DNA of 63,792 nucleotides, the filler included, from Ionaspis alba (taxonomy: Eukaryota): the NCBI GenBank assembly GCA_964255285.1. It is 7 parts of 7 records of this genome, joined end to end, with 100 filler letters (N's around TTAATTAATTAA, not from the genome) between each part and the next. Parts side by side here need not be neighbours in the genome. Positions count along the whole stretch, not along the records: positions 9,283 to 18,402 come from CAXUUL010000687.1; positions 18,503 to 27,518 come from CAXUUL010000688.1; 5 more parts are not named here. One strand, 5' to 3'. Positions 13,925-23,891 of this stretch are shown piece after piece. Below the pieces are notes generated by a model, which was not told the origin of the DNA, searched no databases, and saw nothing but the letters and a program-made list of their open reading frames with translations. Positions within the stretch are counted from its first letter, which is position 1; each line of letters begins with the position of its first letter. The position numbers and the translations under genes are program-made.

Positions 13925-14167
13925 CAGTTGGCCCGAGCTGCCTAATCTACTAGCTTAATCTGTGACTGCTGCCGCTTTAATGAAAGACAAAAGTTGTACA
14001 TGCATACTTCTCGAAATCTTGGTCGAGTCACCGAGGTCTAAGAGGCACGCTGATCATCAATTCACAATCGGTGGTAATGCCGAATTTATCCAAGTGACGC
14101 AAAAATTCCTCATAGTCATTACACGGAGAAGCTCGAGTACTGGACCAACAGCATTTTTATGAAGATT

Positions 14168-15340
14168 TCATGAATTCCTTGGTACATAATGTGCCACCTT
14201 CGGTATACGTCCCACAGAGTTTTGCTTTGACTGCTCAGATTCCCTTCTCTGTCTATACGCGCTATGCAAACCCGTCGATTCAAAACCGCGAATCAATTGC
14301 ACGGCCAGGGCTGAAATGCTGTAGCGTATCACAATGCCTATGGTGTCGTCGACGCCGATAAGTACAAGCGAGGAGAAGATCGTAATGCCAACAAAAACGT
14401 GCATCAGGCTCAGAAGTGGGAGAGAGATCGCGAGCAGATATGAAAAGAATGGCTCGTTCACATCTTTTGTGTCGGTTGTGGAAGGGAGCCGCAAGTTGGT
14501 ACGGGCTCTGCAAGGACGGATTTCTGCATCAATAACCTTGCCGAGAGCACGGAAATAGCGGGACACGGAGTACCATCTTGATCTTGGCCGCACGGTATGA
14601 CTCTGCTTCGCGCTGTTGTGATTTGTGACTGGCGATTGGTGCCTCTGACTCGACAGCATTGTTTTTATGAATAGGCGCAGTCTGATCGCTGCACCAACAT
14701 GCAAGACTATTGAGAGCAAGACCCATCCCAGAGGTAGCCACGAGTTGGCCTTCTTCCACAGAAGGACCGTTTTCATCCCGAGTGCAAGAGAGACTGCAAT
14801 TGTGTTGAAGCAAGCAGTCAGAGCAATAATGTATTGCAGAAGACTGACAGCAAGAGGCGGAAACGACCTCATCGTGATTTGGGAGAACCGTCTTGATGGG
14901 CCTTTTATGCCCTCGAGAGGGTCCCAATCTCCAAATGGACGGGCAGGATACAGCGCAGGGGCACCGATGGCGAGCAAAATAGAGAGGAGCGGACGCTCTA
15001 GTGTGATGGTGGACGCATCGGACAGTGTAGGACCCATATTTGCTAGAAAGCCGGGCATCAAACCTAATATAATACCCGCGCTGGCCATGTTGGCCTTGAT
15101 CGTCTCGGTGGTGTTTGCCAGGATACAGTCGAGATGATGAGCGACTGCAAGTGAATCACGCTCATGGAAATATACTTGCAGAGTTGCATTGCAGTATTGT
15201 ATCGACGACTCTTTGAGGTGACCTTCATAAGCTGGGTACCAGCTTGCGAATTTGAGAAGAGGAAATGTAGATGATAGGGATGCGGTGCACGGTGGAACGC
15301 TAAAAGCAAAGAGCACAACTGCAAATAATGTGTACTTCAT
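14168..15340 (-). CDS. Hypothetical multi-pass membrane protein with N-terminal signal peptide
   Basis: 390-aa intronless ORF. Signal-like MKYTLFAVVLFAFSVPPCTA, a short Cys-containing luminal segment, and about 6 hydrophobic helices. Confidence 0.75.
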   Translation of the reverse strand: MKYTLFAVVLFAFSVPPCTASLSSTFPLLKFASWYPAYEGHLKESSIQYCNATLQVYFHERDSLAVAHHLDCILANTTETIKANMASAGIILGLMPGFLANMGPTLSDASTITLERPLLSILLAIGAPALYPARPFGDWDPLEGIKGPSRRFSQITMRSFPPLAVSLLQYIIALTACFNTIAVSLALGMKTVLLWKKANSWLPLGWVLLSIVLHVGAAIRLRLFIKTMLSSQRHQSPVTNHNSAKQSHTVRPRSRWYSVSRYFRALGKVIDAEIRPCRARTNLRLPSTTDTKDVNEPFFSYLLAISLPLLSLMHVFVGITIFSSLVLIGVDDTIGIVIRYSISALAVQLIRGFESTGLHSAYRQRRESEQSKQNSVGRIPKVAHYVPRNS

Positions 15341-15686
15341 GATAAATCTGGTGTTTCTGCTGCGAGATCATAGCTTTCAAAAAGGAGAATGTATATGTAT
15401 TGCCTTATCCTTCAGCCTTGTCCAATTTTGGGGGCCGCATAATGTTTGATGATGAGGACTGCCAATGAGAACAGCTCGGAGCAACACATGCATGGGGTCA
15501 TACCAACTGCCAGCGTTGAGAAGATTGGGGTACTGAGAAGTGATGGAATGGGTTCAGGTATGTAGAGGATGTGCTGGCTTACGGGACATAGGATGTCATG
15601 CTCCGATACTATTCTAGCATGAGAGCACCCGCCGCAGGCTCCAATCCTGTACTCGTGTTGTGCTGTAGTGTTCAGATGGCTCAATC

Positions 15687-15786
15687 NNNNNNNNNNNNNN
15701 NNNNNNNNNNNNNNNNNNNNNNNNNNNNNNNNNNNNNNNNNNNNNNNNNNNNNNNNNNNNNNNNNNNNNNNNNNNNNNNNNNNNNN
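15687..15786. other. Intra-scaffold 100-N gap
   Basis: Run of 100 N. Confidence 0.98.
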
Positions 15787-15927
15787 GTATGAAACCCTGC
15801 GGCTCGGTTCTAATGTACATTATATTGAAGACTGTTGATGCATTGACTCATTGGGACGATGAAAGACCTCCCCGAGAGTTTAATGCGAAGTAAGAAGTTA
15901 TAAGACGTATTTGACCCCTACTCTTTC

Positions 15928-17010
15928 TTATCGATTGGTCCGTCTTCTTCTTCTGATGGCTCCACTGTTCTTCTCTGACTCCGTGTCCTCTGACCGCCTC
16001 CGTTTATTGAAAGAATACTGTATCTCATCATGTACTGATGAACTATCTGAAGCACTATTACCCGAGCTCTCAGACTGTGCAATGCGTCCTTTCGTTGATT
16101 TCTCTGGGGTCTGATACACTGATCTCAACTCTTTACGCCCACCTATCGGCTTTCTTCGAGCTGCCAGCATGTGGAGACACCACAGCGTGAGATTGACCGT
16201 CAACTCGTCATCGACGTTGTTTGTCCAGGGTATCGACTTGTATTCGAGATAATGATACTTCTTGAACCCTTCCGTCAGGTTATTGGGATTTTCTCTATCT
16301 CCGTAGAAAAGACGAAGAACCACCAACTCGTCTTGTGTTATGATATAACCATATGGAACACTTGCGCGGCGACAATAGGTAAAGACTTGGATCACTGGAT
16401 CTTTGAATCTTTGATCTTTCCAGCCCCAGGTGCTTTTGAACTTGGTGCTTAGCTTGGTATCTCCTGGCAGGACATTGAGGTAATGTCTTGTGCTGTTGCA
16501 TTTACTAGGCTGGCTGTTCTCTGGGCAAGACAAGAGAATACCCGCCCAATCAGGTGCAAGTTTTTTCTCTTTCGGAATCCACGCTTGACCGCCTCTGGCC
16601 ATAGAGATATGGTTTGGATGATTGTTCGTATCGATTAGGTCCTGGAATTTGGCATGGTCTTGAGCCACAGATAGTGCAGTGGACACGACTGGATAGTTCC
16701 ATCGGATCAAAAGTGTATCGAGAGAGCTTTCATCGGAGATCTCTTTGATGTGGCTGGGATAGTTCAAAAACTCCTCGAACTGTGGCATGTTGTTGACTGG
16801 AAGATCTAGGATATCTTCGAATATAGGCTTGAGATCCCTCCATTCCATGCCTTTCCATTCCAGCACATCATGGAGGAGTTGATTGTCGTGAGGACCGTGT
16901 CGCCCTTTTGACTTGGATCCCGACCTTCCGTCTTTCAGAGACCATGTGCTGTCGACTTCTGGGTTCGGCCTCTTCAGATAATAAAGAAGTGGTGTCGTTT
17001 CCCCTGCCAT
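15928..17010 (-). CDS. Predicted PD-(D/E)XK (restriction-endonuclease-like) nuclease with C-terminal NLS
   Basis: 360-aa intronless ORF. 'LAPDWAGI' (PD), 'LPGDTKLS' (DxK), 'IQVFTYC' (QxxxY), then 'YGYIITQDELVVLR' and 'LTVNLTLWCLHMLAA'. Basic tail KRRR...RRRRR. Confidence 0.75.
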   Translation of the reverse strand: MAGETTPLLYYLKRPNPEVDSTWSLKDGRSGSKSKGRHGPHDNQLLHDVLEWKGMEWRDLKPIFEDILDLPVNNMPQFEEFLNYPSHIKEISDESSLDTLLIRWNYPVVSTALSVAQDHAKFQDLIDTNNHPNHISMARGGQAWIPKEKKLAPDWAGILLSCPENSQPSKCNSTRHYLNVLPGDTKLSTKFKSTWGWKDQRFKDPVIQVFTYCRRASVPYGYIITQDELVVLRLFYGDRENPNNLTEGFKKYHYLEYKSIPWTNNVDDELTVNLTLWCLHMLAARRKPIGGRKELRSVYQTPEKSTKGRIAQSESSGNSASDSSSVHDEIQYSFNKRRRSEDTESEKNSGAIRRRRRTNR

Positions 17011-17434
17011 TTCTGTAGTCTTTTGACATGAAAGAGACTCGATGATTGATATGGAACCATGGAATCAGCTGCAAAAGCATCATGTCACAAGCAGGGCATG
17101 CCAAGGTGCAAAGGTTAATCATTGTAGATTGCACACTTGTATCAATAGATAAGGGTGAACGGCTGGTCCGTGTCTTCTGCCAGTATGAATGGAGGATTTT
17201 CTAGAGGTGGTTGCATTGAATTTAGAAGGTGTCACAGAGACACGTATTGTCTGCATTCACCCCTTTGAACCCGGCCAATGGTAGCGGAGCAAATGTGCCC
17301 AAGGGAGATTTAGGCAAGACGCGGGGAAAGCTCACTGCATAGTACAGCCAAACGCTTTCTGATAATCTAGTAGACTGTTGGCAAACGTAAGGCATAAATG
17401 TGATTGCCTAAGGCATTTGTTATCATTGTATCAC

Positions 17435-18361
17435 ATGGCTCCAAAGCGATCGAAAAAATCAGTGAAGTCAAAGGCCAAGCCAGCAGTCAATTCTGATCAA
17501 CTTCTACCTACTTGTGAGGGACCAAAGCTTGGTAGATTCGAACACAGCAATTCGACTGTTCAATTTGTTGCTCTATTGAGTGCCGAAACGCCTGGTGAAG
17601 ATGGGCAAGTGTTCGAGGTCATAATCAATTCTAAGCACTATGCGCTCAAAATGGCAAATCTCTCGCCTGTCATGCCTTCTTTGGTATCAAAAAGCTGATC
17701 CAAAGCTCAATAGTTCAGTTACTTCGATCCCCCAACTGAGGCGGACGGGTTAGCAGGAATCGATGTGTCAGACGACCAATACATTGCCCACTTCGATCCT
17801 TTCTATGCCGAATGCCGCGCTTATGGCTGCATTGAACAAAATAACCAGAATGGTATAGTCGCTGTTCGGTGTTATGGCTTCATGTTTGTCTCACCAAAAT
17901 GGGAAGAACGTCTTGCACTTGCACCTTTCAATGTCGATTCTAGCGAATGGAACCGACCAGAGGAGGAATATGATTGGCTGGTTACAACAAGGCAGCCGTT
18001 TCGTGCCATCGTTAAGGAGCTGGTCAGGAGTAGGAAGCGACTAAGCAGGGTAGCAGAAATGAGAAGTGATCTCCTCGCGCTTCAGGCAATGGGAGTATAC
18101 ATCCAAGATATTAGGGAAGATAATTATATCGACGGGAAATTAGTTGACTTCAGTCGCTCCTGGACAAATCCGCACATTTTGCTGGACCCGAATATCCGGT
18201 CACAGCGGCTTATCAACCTTGAAATCGAGGGAGACTTGCTGACATTCGACCGTATGCTGGAAGAAGCTGGTATTCGAACTCGCATGAAAGCCTCATCTGT
18301 CTCAAACGAAGTCGGTAGATTGCGCTCGAAGGTCAAGAAACCTGAGCGATTTGGCTTCTGA
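17435..18361 (+). CDS. Atypical protein-kinase-like protein (fungal 'FTA2' Pfam-type kinase fold)
   Basis: Gly-loop and Lys region 'GEDGQVFEVIINSKHYALKM|F', 'DPFYAECRAYG', 'AVRCYGF', 'RAIVKELV', catalytic-loop-like 'QDIREDNY', DFG-like 'LVDFSRSWT'. One intron ending at TAG 17713. Confidence 0.8.
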
Positions 18362-18402
18362 CAGGCAGCCCAGTATTTGTGGGCGTCATAGTATCTAGGA
18401 CA

Positions 18403-18502
18403 NNNNNNNNNNNNNNNNNNNNNNNNNNNNNNNNNNNNNNNNNNNNTTAATTAATTAANNNNNNNNNNNNNNNNNNNNNNNNNNNNNNNNNNNNNNNNNN
18501 NN
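18403..18502. other. Artificial scaffold-joining spacer
   Basis: N44-TTAATTAATTAA-N44. Confidence 0.98.
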
Positions 18503-19092
18503 AGAGAACAAGGCTGGAAACGCATATGCAATAGGATAGAGAATTGATGGAGCAATCTCAACAAATATCCAGTCGGACCTCATCTCCTCTTATCAGTGCA
18601 GGCATACCATCCTGCAGAAGCCCGTCGACTCTAGCTTACCATCGTCGTACTCATATGCAGTGTTGTTGCGAATTACCTATCTCCGCATGTGCCACGACAC
18701 CTCTTGCAGAAAGCCTCATCTATCCTGCCGCCCGTATCTATTTTCCGATTGGCCACCACCGGCAGATGGGAGTGGCTCCCGATCCAAATGCTGTGCCTGT
18801 CTCACAACCAGATCCCGATATCGGTGCATTTCTATCTAAGTGCCGGCCGGGTGACGTCGCACGCGATTTTGGAGATGCGGTGGAACGTTCTCCAGATAGC
18901 CAATTGGAAGCAGTTGCCAAAAGCAATATTTACCCCATCTTGGGCGCTATGCTTCCAATTTTATAGATCTCACTCTTGTCGATAGAGTTGATTCTAGTAC
19001 ACCTGGGTGCTCCTTGTTTCGGCGTTAGAATAATAATCCTCCCGACGTTTCGACAAGGCAATCCCATCCATAAATTTGTTCCTCGATTGGCG

Positions 19093-20433
19093 ATGTCTTC
19101 CTCTAGCAAACCAAAAGTCCTTCTCTTAGGAACCATTGATAAGTAAACAATTTCCGCCAATTTGCTCAATTTTAGTCCCGTTACCTACAAAACTCTAGTC
19201 TGCTCTATCATTCTAGACTTCAAGCATTTTTAAGTTCATCTACTCACATATCCTCCAGTGCCAATGCAAGGAAATACTGGGACTCCCTCTCCTCCATTTT
19301 CGAACAAATCACCCCCAAGTCTACCAACCGCGCCGACTTCATCAAGGAAAGTAAAAGCGGCTCTTTCGATGGCGTTGTCGCTATCTACCGTACCTTTCCC
19401 AGTGTCGAGGTTACAGGACGAATAGACGAAGAGATATGCCAGGCACTGCCAAAAAGCGTGAGATTTATATGCCATAACGGTAGGTCGTCAGGCTGAGAAA
19501 ATGTCCTTGCAATCCTGAACGCCTACCAATGCAAGATTCTCCCATTCCCTCCAGCATTCATCCTCTCGCGTCCCAGCTGAACTCCATTCCAGGCGCGGGC
19601 TACGACCAAATCTCCGTGCCCGCCTGCACGGCCGCCCACATCTACGTTTCCCACGTCCCCACCGCCGTTGACGACGCCACTGCCGACACAGCCTCCTTCC
19701 TCATCCTCGGCGCTCTGCGCGGCTTCAACTCCTCCCTCATCTCTCTCCGCCGCGGTACATGGCGGGGCAACCCCCAACCACCGCTCGGGCACGACCCTGA
19801 AGGCAAGATCCTAGGTATCCTAGGCATGGGAGGCATCGGCCGGAACCTGGCGCGAAAGATGCGGGCGTTCAGTATGGAGGTACAATATCACAACCGGCGA
19901 CGATTGAGCGCAGAAGAAGAGGAAGGAGCGAAGTATGTAGGGTTCGAAGAGCTGTTGAGGGAGAGTGATGTGATTAGTTTGAATCTGCCGCTGAACGAGC
20001 ACACGCGGCATATGATTAGCACTGAGCAGTTTGCGATGATGAAGAGAGATGTAGTGATTGTGAACACGGCGAGAGGGGCGGTGATGGATGAGGGGGCGTT
20101 GGTGAAGGCGCTGGATGACGGACGGGTGGGGAGTGTGGGATTGGACGTTTTTGAGGAGGAGCCGAAGGTTCATGAGGGGTTGGTAGGGAACGAGAGAGTG
20201 ATGCTTTTGCCGCATATGGGGACTTGGACATTAGAGGTAAGATCCTTTTTCTTCAAGTTTTGTTCTATTTCTTTGAGCGCTCAAGGATGAGTGAAGCAAG
20301 ATTGCTGACATTGGTATGACCGTAGACGCAAGATGCCATGGAGAGGTGGAATATCGATAATGTGCGCTCGGCGTTGGAAACAGGGAAATTGAAAAGTCGC
20401 GTACAGGAGCAAAAGGACTTGGCTTATGACTGA
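19093..20433 (+). CDS. D-isomer-specific 2-hydroxyacid dehydrogenase (glyoxylate reductase-like)
   Basis: MSSSSKPKVLLLG start. 'FICHNG|AGYDQI', NAD-binding 'GILGMGGIG', 'VNTARG', 'GLDVFEEEP', 'LLPHMGT'. Three GT-AG introns; last exon TQDAMERWNIDNVRSALETG...YD*. Confidence 0.93.
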
Positions 20434-20818
20434 CGAAATCGGAAAAGAAACTGTGAAAGATCGTTCTTTGGTGATGACTGCTCCGGCCCGCGCTGTCACG
20501 ATCACTGCTCCTAATGTTTGAAGAGCTTGCTCGGTCACAGTTCAAGAGATGAACCAGCCAAGACTACAGCATAGAAGGCTTCTTGGTGATGACTTCTCGG
20601 GAAGAGATATAGAGGTAGAAGGATATGGTAGACAGAGAATCGCTTTCAGGAGCGCTGTTCAAGATAATGAAATTCTATTCGAATGGTTCATATCCATAAG
20701 TGCATGTATTTGAGCACTCACCACTCATTCACGATTATTCCAGGCGCGAAATCTTCGAAATCCACGGATTAGTACGCCATGCAAGTCTTCCTCTGGATAC
20801 CACTCACCCACCAGATTC

Positions 20819-22580
20819 CTAGAAACCAGCTCCGCTGACTCTCGCCGACCTCCGCCGTCCGGGCTCGGCTACCTTAGCTGGTGCCTCTTTTTTGGCAGAT
20901 TTAGCCACTTTCTTTTGTTTTTCCACAGTGACCCCATTCGCAGCCTTCTTTGTTGACTTGGTGGCCGACTTTCGCTTCTTAGCAGGGGCGATCTTTTCTG
21001 CTTCGTCGTCGTCTCCTGATACTGTTTCGTCGACGCCAGTAGGTTCTGAATGGCAGCTCGGCTTTGCTTTGCGCTTCCTGCCTTTGGGTTTCGCTTCTTC
21101 TGCCTCGGAGTCATGCGCAACACCATTGGTGGCAGGCGCTGCTTTGGAAGATCCCGGGGTTGCGGTTTTGGACGCACGTGAGGCACGTTTCGGAGTGATG
21201 GAGGCGGGCGCCATTTTAATATCTTTCACTGCCTCACCAACGTTGTCTTCGTCATCCTCTTGTCCTGCCTTGGCTTTCTTCCCACCTTTCCTGCTTTTTG
21301 GTTTCGGCTTTTCTTCTCGGTCATCCTCGGCTTCCTCCTCCTTGATATCTCCCGCTACAGGGCCTGTCTTCTTTTGTACGCTCGGCACAACTGCGCTCGT
21401 GCGACCCCCGACTGTCATGAATACTATCTTGGCTCCATTAGGGAGACGGTTTGTGCTGTCCTTCTTGCCCTTGCCCCAGCGATGCTTAAATAACCAATCT
21501 TCGGGGAATTTTGAGGAATCTGACTTGGTTTCGACGGCTAGGGACGTGACATAATGAAGTGCTGTGTGGAGGGATTTGATCTGAGCCTTGCTCAGAGTGT
21601 TGCTGTATTGTTCAGGATGAATGCGGCCGGAATACAAGATCTCGTCGCTTGAGTTCAATATCAGTACAAGGACATCTGAGCGGGAACGAGGATTGAGTAT
21701 GAATGACGCTGAAGAACGTACCCAACCCAATTACCTATACCGCTTATATTTGCTTGATCTAACAAAAGTGCCTTGATAGGTATCTTCTTCGCACCACACT
21801 TCTCCACCAGCCACTCCTCTGTGACAATATCTTTGTCGATTACAGGATCTGGACCGTTCTCCACAAGTGGAGAGACTTTGCGCATTTCCTCGGCCGGAAC
21901 ATCAACTAAACGTATTCTACCAAATCGGCGAAAGTCAACGAAGGCAGCTTCGCAGACCGGCTTGTCCGGTTCTCCTGCAGTCTCAAAGGAGAATTTCCAA
22001 TACTTTGGTGGCCATTCGTCCGAGATGGGTTTTGTGGGTTTATAGTAGGCCGTCTCCTCACCGCGGATTTTGAACCAACCTGCCATGCCGAAGTGCATGA
22101 GCGGGTGAGGGGGAGAGGACATGACGAGCCTAGAAGTAAGAGTTAGAGTAAGACCCGGATAAAATGTGCTGGCTTTCCGTATGGTAGCAGAGAGCCCGTA
22201 GAGCGCGAACCATTTATATGGTTAAAGCATTTTCATGCACTTTGGAGTAGATTTGGGTAACTCCAGGAATGGCAAAGCAATGTAGTAGTAAAAAAGAGGA
22301 GATGAAGATCTCTCCTGTATCATACCAGAAGTATTTCCCTTGCTGCTTAGCATCTAAGATCTTCTTACCCTTCAGAGCCTTCTCGAACTCAGCAGCGGAT
22401 GTCCCCACTTTTCCGAAGACGTTCTCGTCGTGCTGAGCCTTGACTACTGCCAGGGTCTTGCCAGCCAAGTGCTGGCGTATATAATGCACTATACGTGCAA
22501 CTGGTGCATATTTATATCAGTTCGGCTATTCTTTGAAGTCCTCAATCAAAATGAAGCATACCTTCTCCTATTTCAGGCAT
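20819..22580 (-). CDS. Formamidopyrimidine-DNA glycosylase (Fpg/MutM-like, fungal type)
   Basis: Catalytic N-terminus MPEIGE, 'QGKYFW', 'HFGMAG', 'DFRRFGRI', H2TH 'KALLLDQANISGIGNWV|DEILY'. Long Lys-rich tail; three introns. Confidence 0.93.
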
Positions 22581-22904
22581 TTCGGCCAATTCTAATCAAC
22601 GAAGTCTTGAAAAATGGTATCAACGTCAAGGTACGAGCGTGCAATGGTACAGGGAATGCAGATGCGTAAAGGCTCCGACTCTCTACTAAGCAACGCAGAT
22701 GTATAGAGTTTGGTCTATTAGGGCAAGCGCTTCTAGCAAAGGTAGACGCTCAAGGAACATACTTTTGCACGACAGACGCAAAGGAAATGTCAAAGTCACG
22801 AAAACAGAGATGGGGAGGTTCAAGAACTATGAAAGCCAGCCCGCTAGTCCTCCTATTTACTGTCCTAAGGATGACTCGACGGGACAGATGAAGTCATCGG
22901 CGTG

Positions 22905-22915
22905 ACGCGACGCGA
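22905..22915. promoter_or_regulatory. Tandem ACGCGA (MCB-like) elements in the Fpg/MIX23 divergent promoter
   Basis: ACGCGACGCGA upstream of a DNA-repair gene. Confidence 0.4.
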
Positions 22916-23156
22916 GGCGGGAGCTAAGATCGCTTCCGCTTCCGCTTTGTCAGGGATCTCTCTATCACCATCATCAACGCCACTACGAAGCAATCACCAT
23001 TCGGTGTCACTCATATATATCAGACTTTCTGCTATCATATAGGTCAATCACTCGAGAGGAACTCCACGCTCCAACAACACCCTCTCTCCGCCCATCCTGG
23101 CATCCTTCTTTTGGGCCAAGTCCCCCCCTCCCGCGCCAGTCTCTCTGCCTCAGAGA

Positions 23157-23789
23157 ATGTCTCCATCTTCACCCTCACCTGCACCAAAACTAATGCCCCA
23201 ATTCTGCTTCAACCAAACTGCTCTCCGAGGTACACTTTCAGTTTGAATTTGCATATTCTGCCCCGCCGATCCTTTTGCAGCGACCCCAACCTAACGTCAA
23301 TTACAGACTTCCTCCGCCTCTCCCGCGCCACGACAGACGACTCAATAACACAGAACCTCAACGCCCTGCTCACTCCTTCTCTCCGAGGCTTCGACCCCTC
23401 CTCTACCGCAACCCGCTCCACCACCCCCTCCGATCGGCAACACCTGCCCACCTCCACCTGCCAAGCCTTTACCTCCTCCGTCCTCTTCCCCGCATGGACC
23501 GCACGCTCCCAAGTCCTGACCTACTGCGCGCAAGTAGCAACGGCGCCAGATCCCGATGATCCAGATCTGGTACTGAGGCAGGCGGAGAGTCTACAGGATA
23601 GGGAGAGGGTGGTAAATGAGCGGCTAGATCCTTACAGCGGAAGGTTCTTCCCGAGGGAGGCGAGGACGGAGGAGTTGGCGAGGTTGATCCGGAATGAGCG
23701 GACGGTAGAAGAGATTGTGAGGCGGAGGACATGGGCAGTATTAGGGGAGAGATGTGCGGTTGAAGGGGCCTGGGAAGGCGCCGTCGAGG
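23157..23789 (+). CDS. MIX23: Mitochondrial intermembrane-space protein Mix23 (Cid2), 3' end lost in N gap
   Basis: 'PQFCFNQTALR|DFLRLSRATTDDSITQNLN', 'RSQVLTYC', 'ERLDPYSGR', 'ERTVEEIVRRRTWAVLGERC'. One intron at about 23230-23306. Confidence 0.9.
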
Positions 23790-23889
23790 NNNNNNNNNNN
23801 NNNNNNNNNNNNNNNNNNNNNNNNNNNNNNNNNNNNNNNNNNNNNNNNNNNNNNNNNNNNNNNNNNNNNNNNNNNNNNNNNNNNNNNNN
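23790..23889. other. Intra-scaffold 100-N gap
   Basis: Run of 100 N. Confidence 0.98.
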
Positions 23890-23891
23890 TG

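Noticed and set aside
17435..18361. Kinetochore Sim4-complex subunit Fta2 as the literal function
   Set aside because: The sequence shows kinase-fold motifs; the family name does not establish a kinetochore role.
19480..19592. TPP riboswitch in the dehydrogenase intron (contains GGCTGAGA)
   Set aside because: The downstream conserved TGATC..GATAATAC..GCG core and P4/P5 stems are absent, and the gene is not thiamine-related.
20892..21554. Long antisense ORFs over real genes (also 93-716, 25907-26680, 59674-60246)
   Set aside because: Shadow frames of GC-rich coding sequence on the opposite strand.
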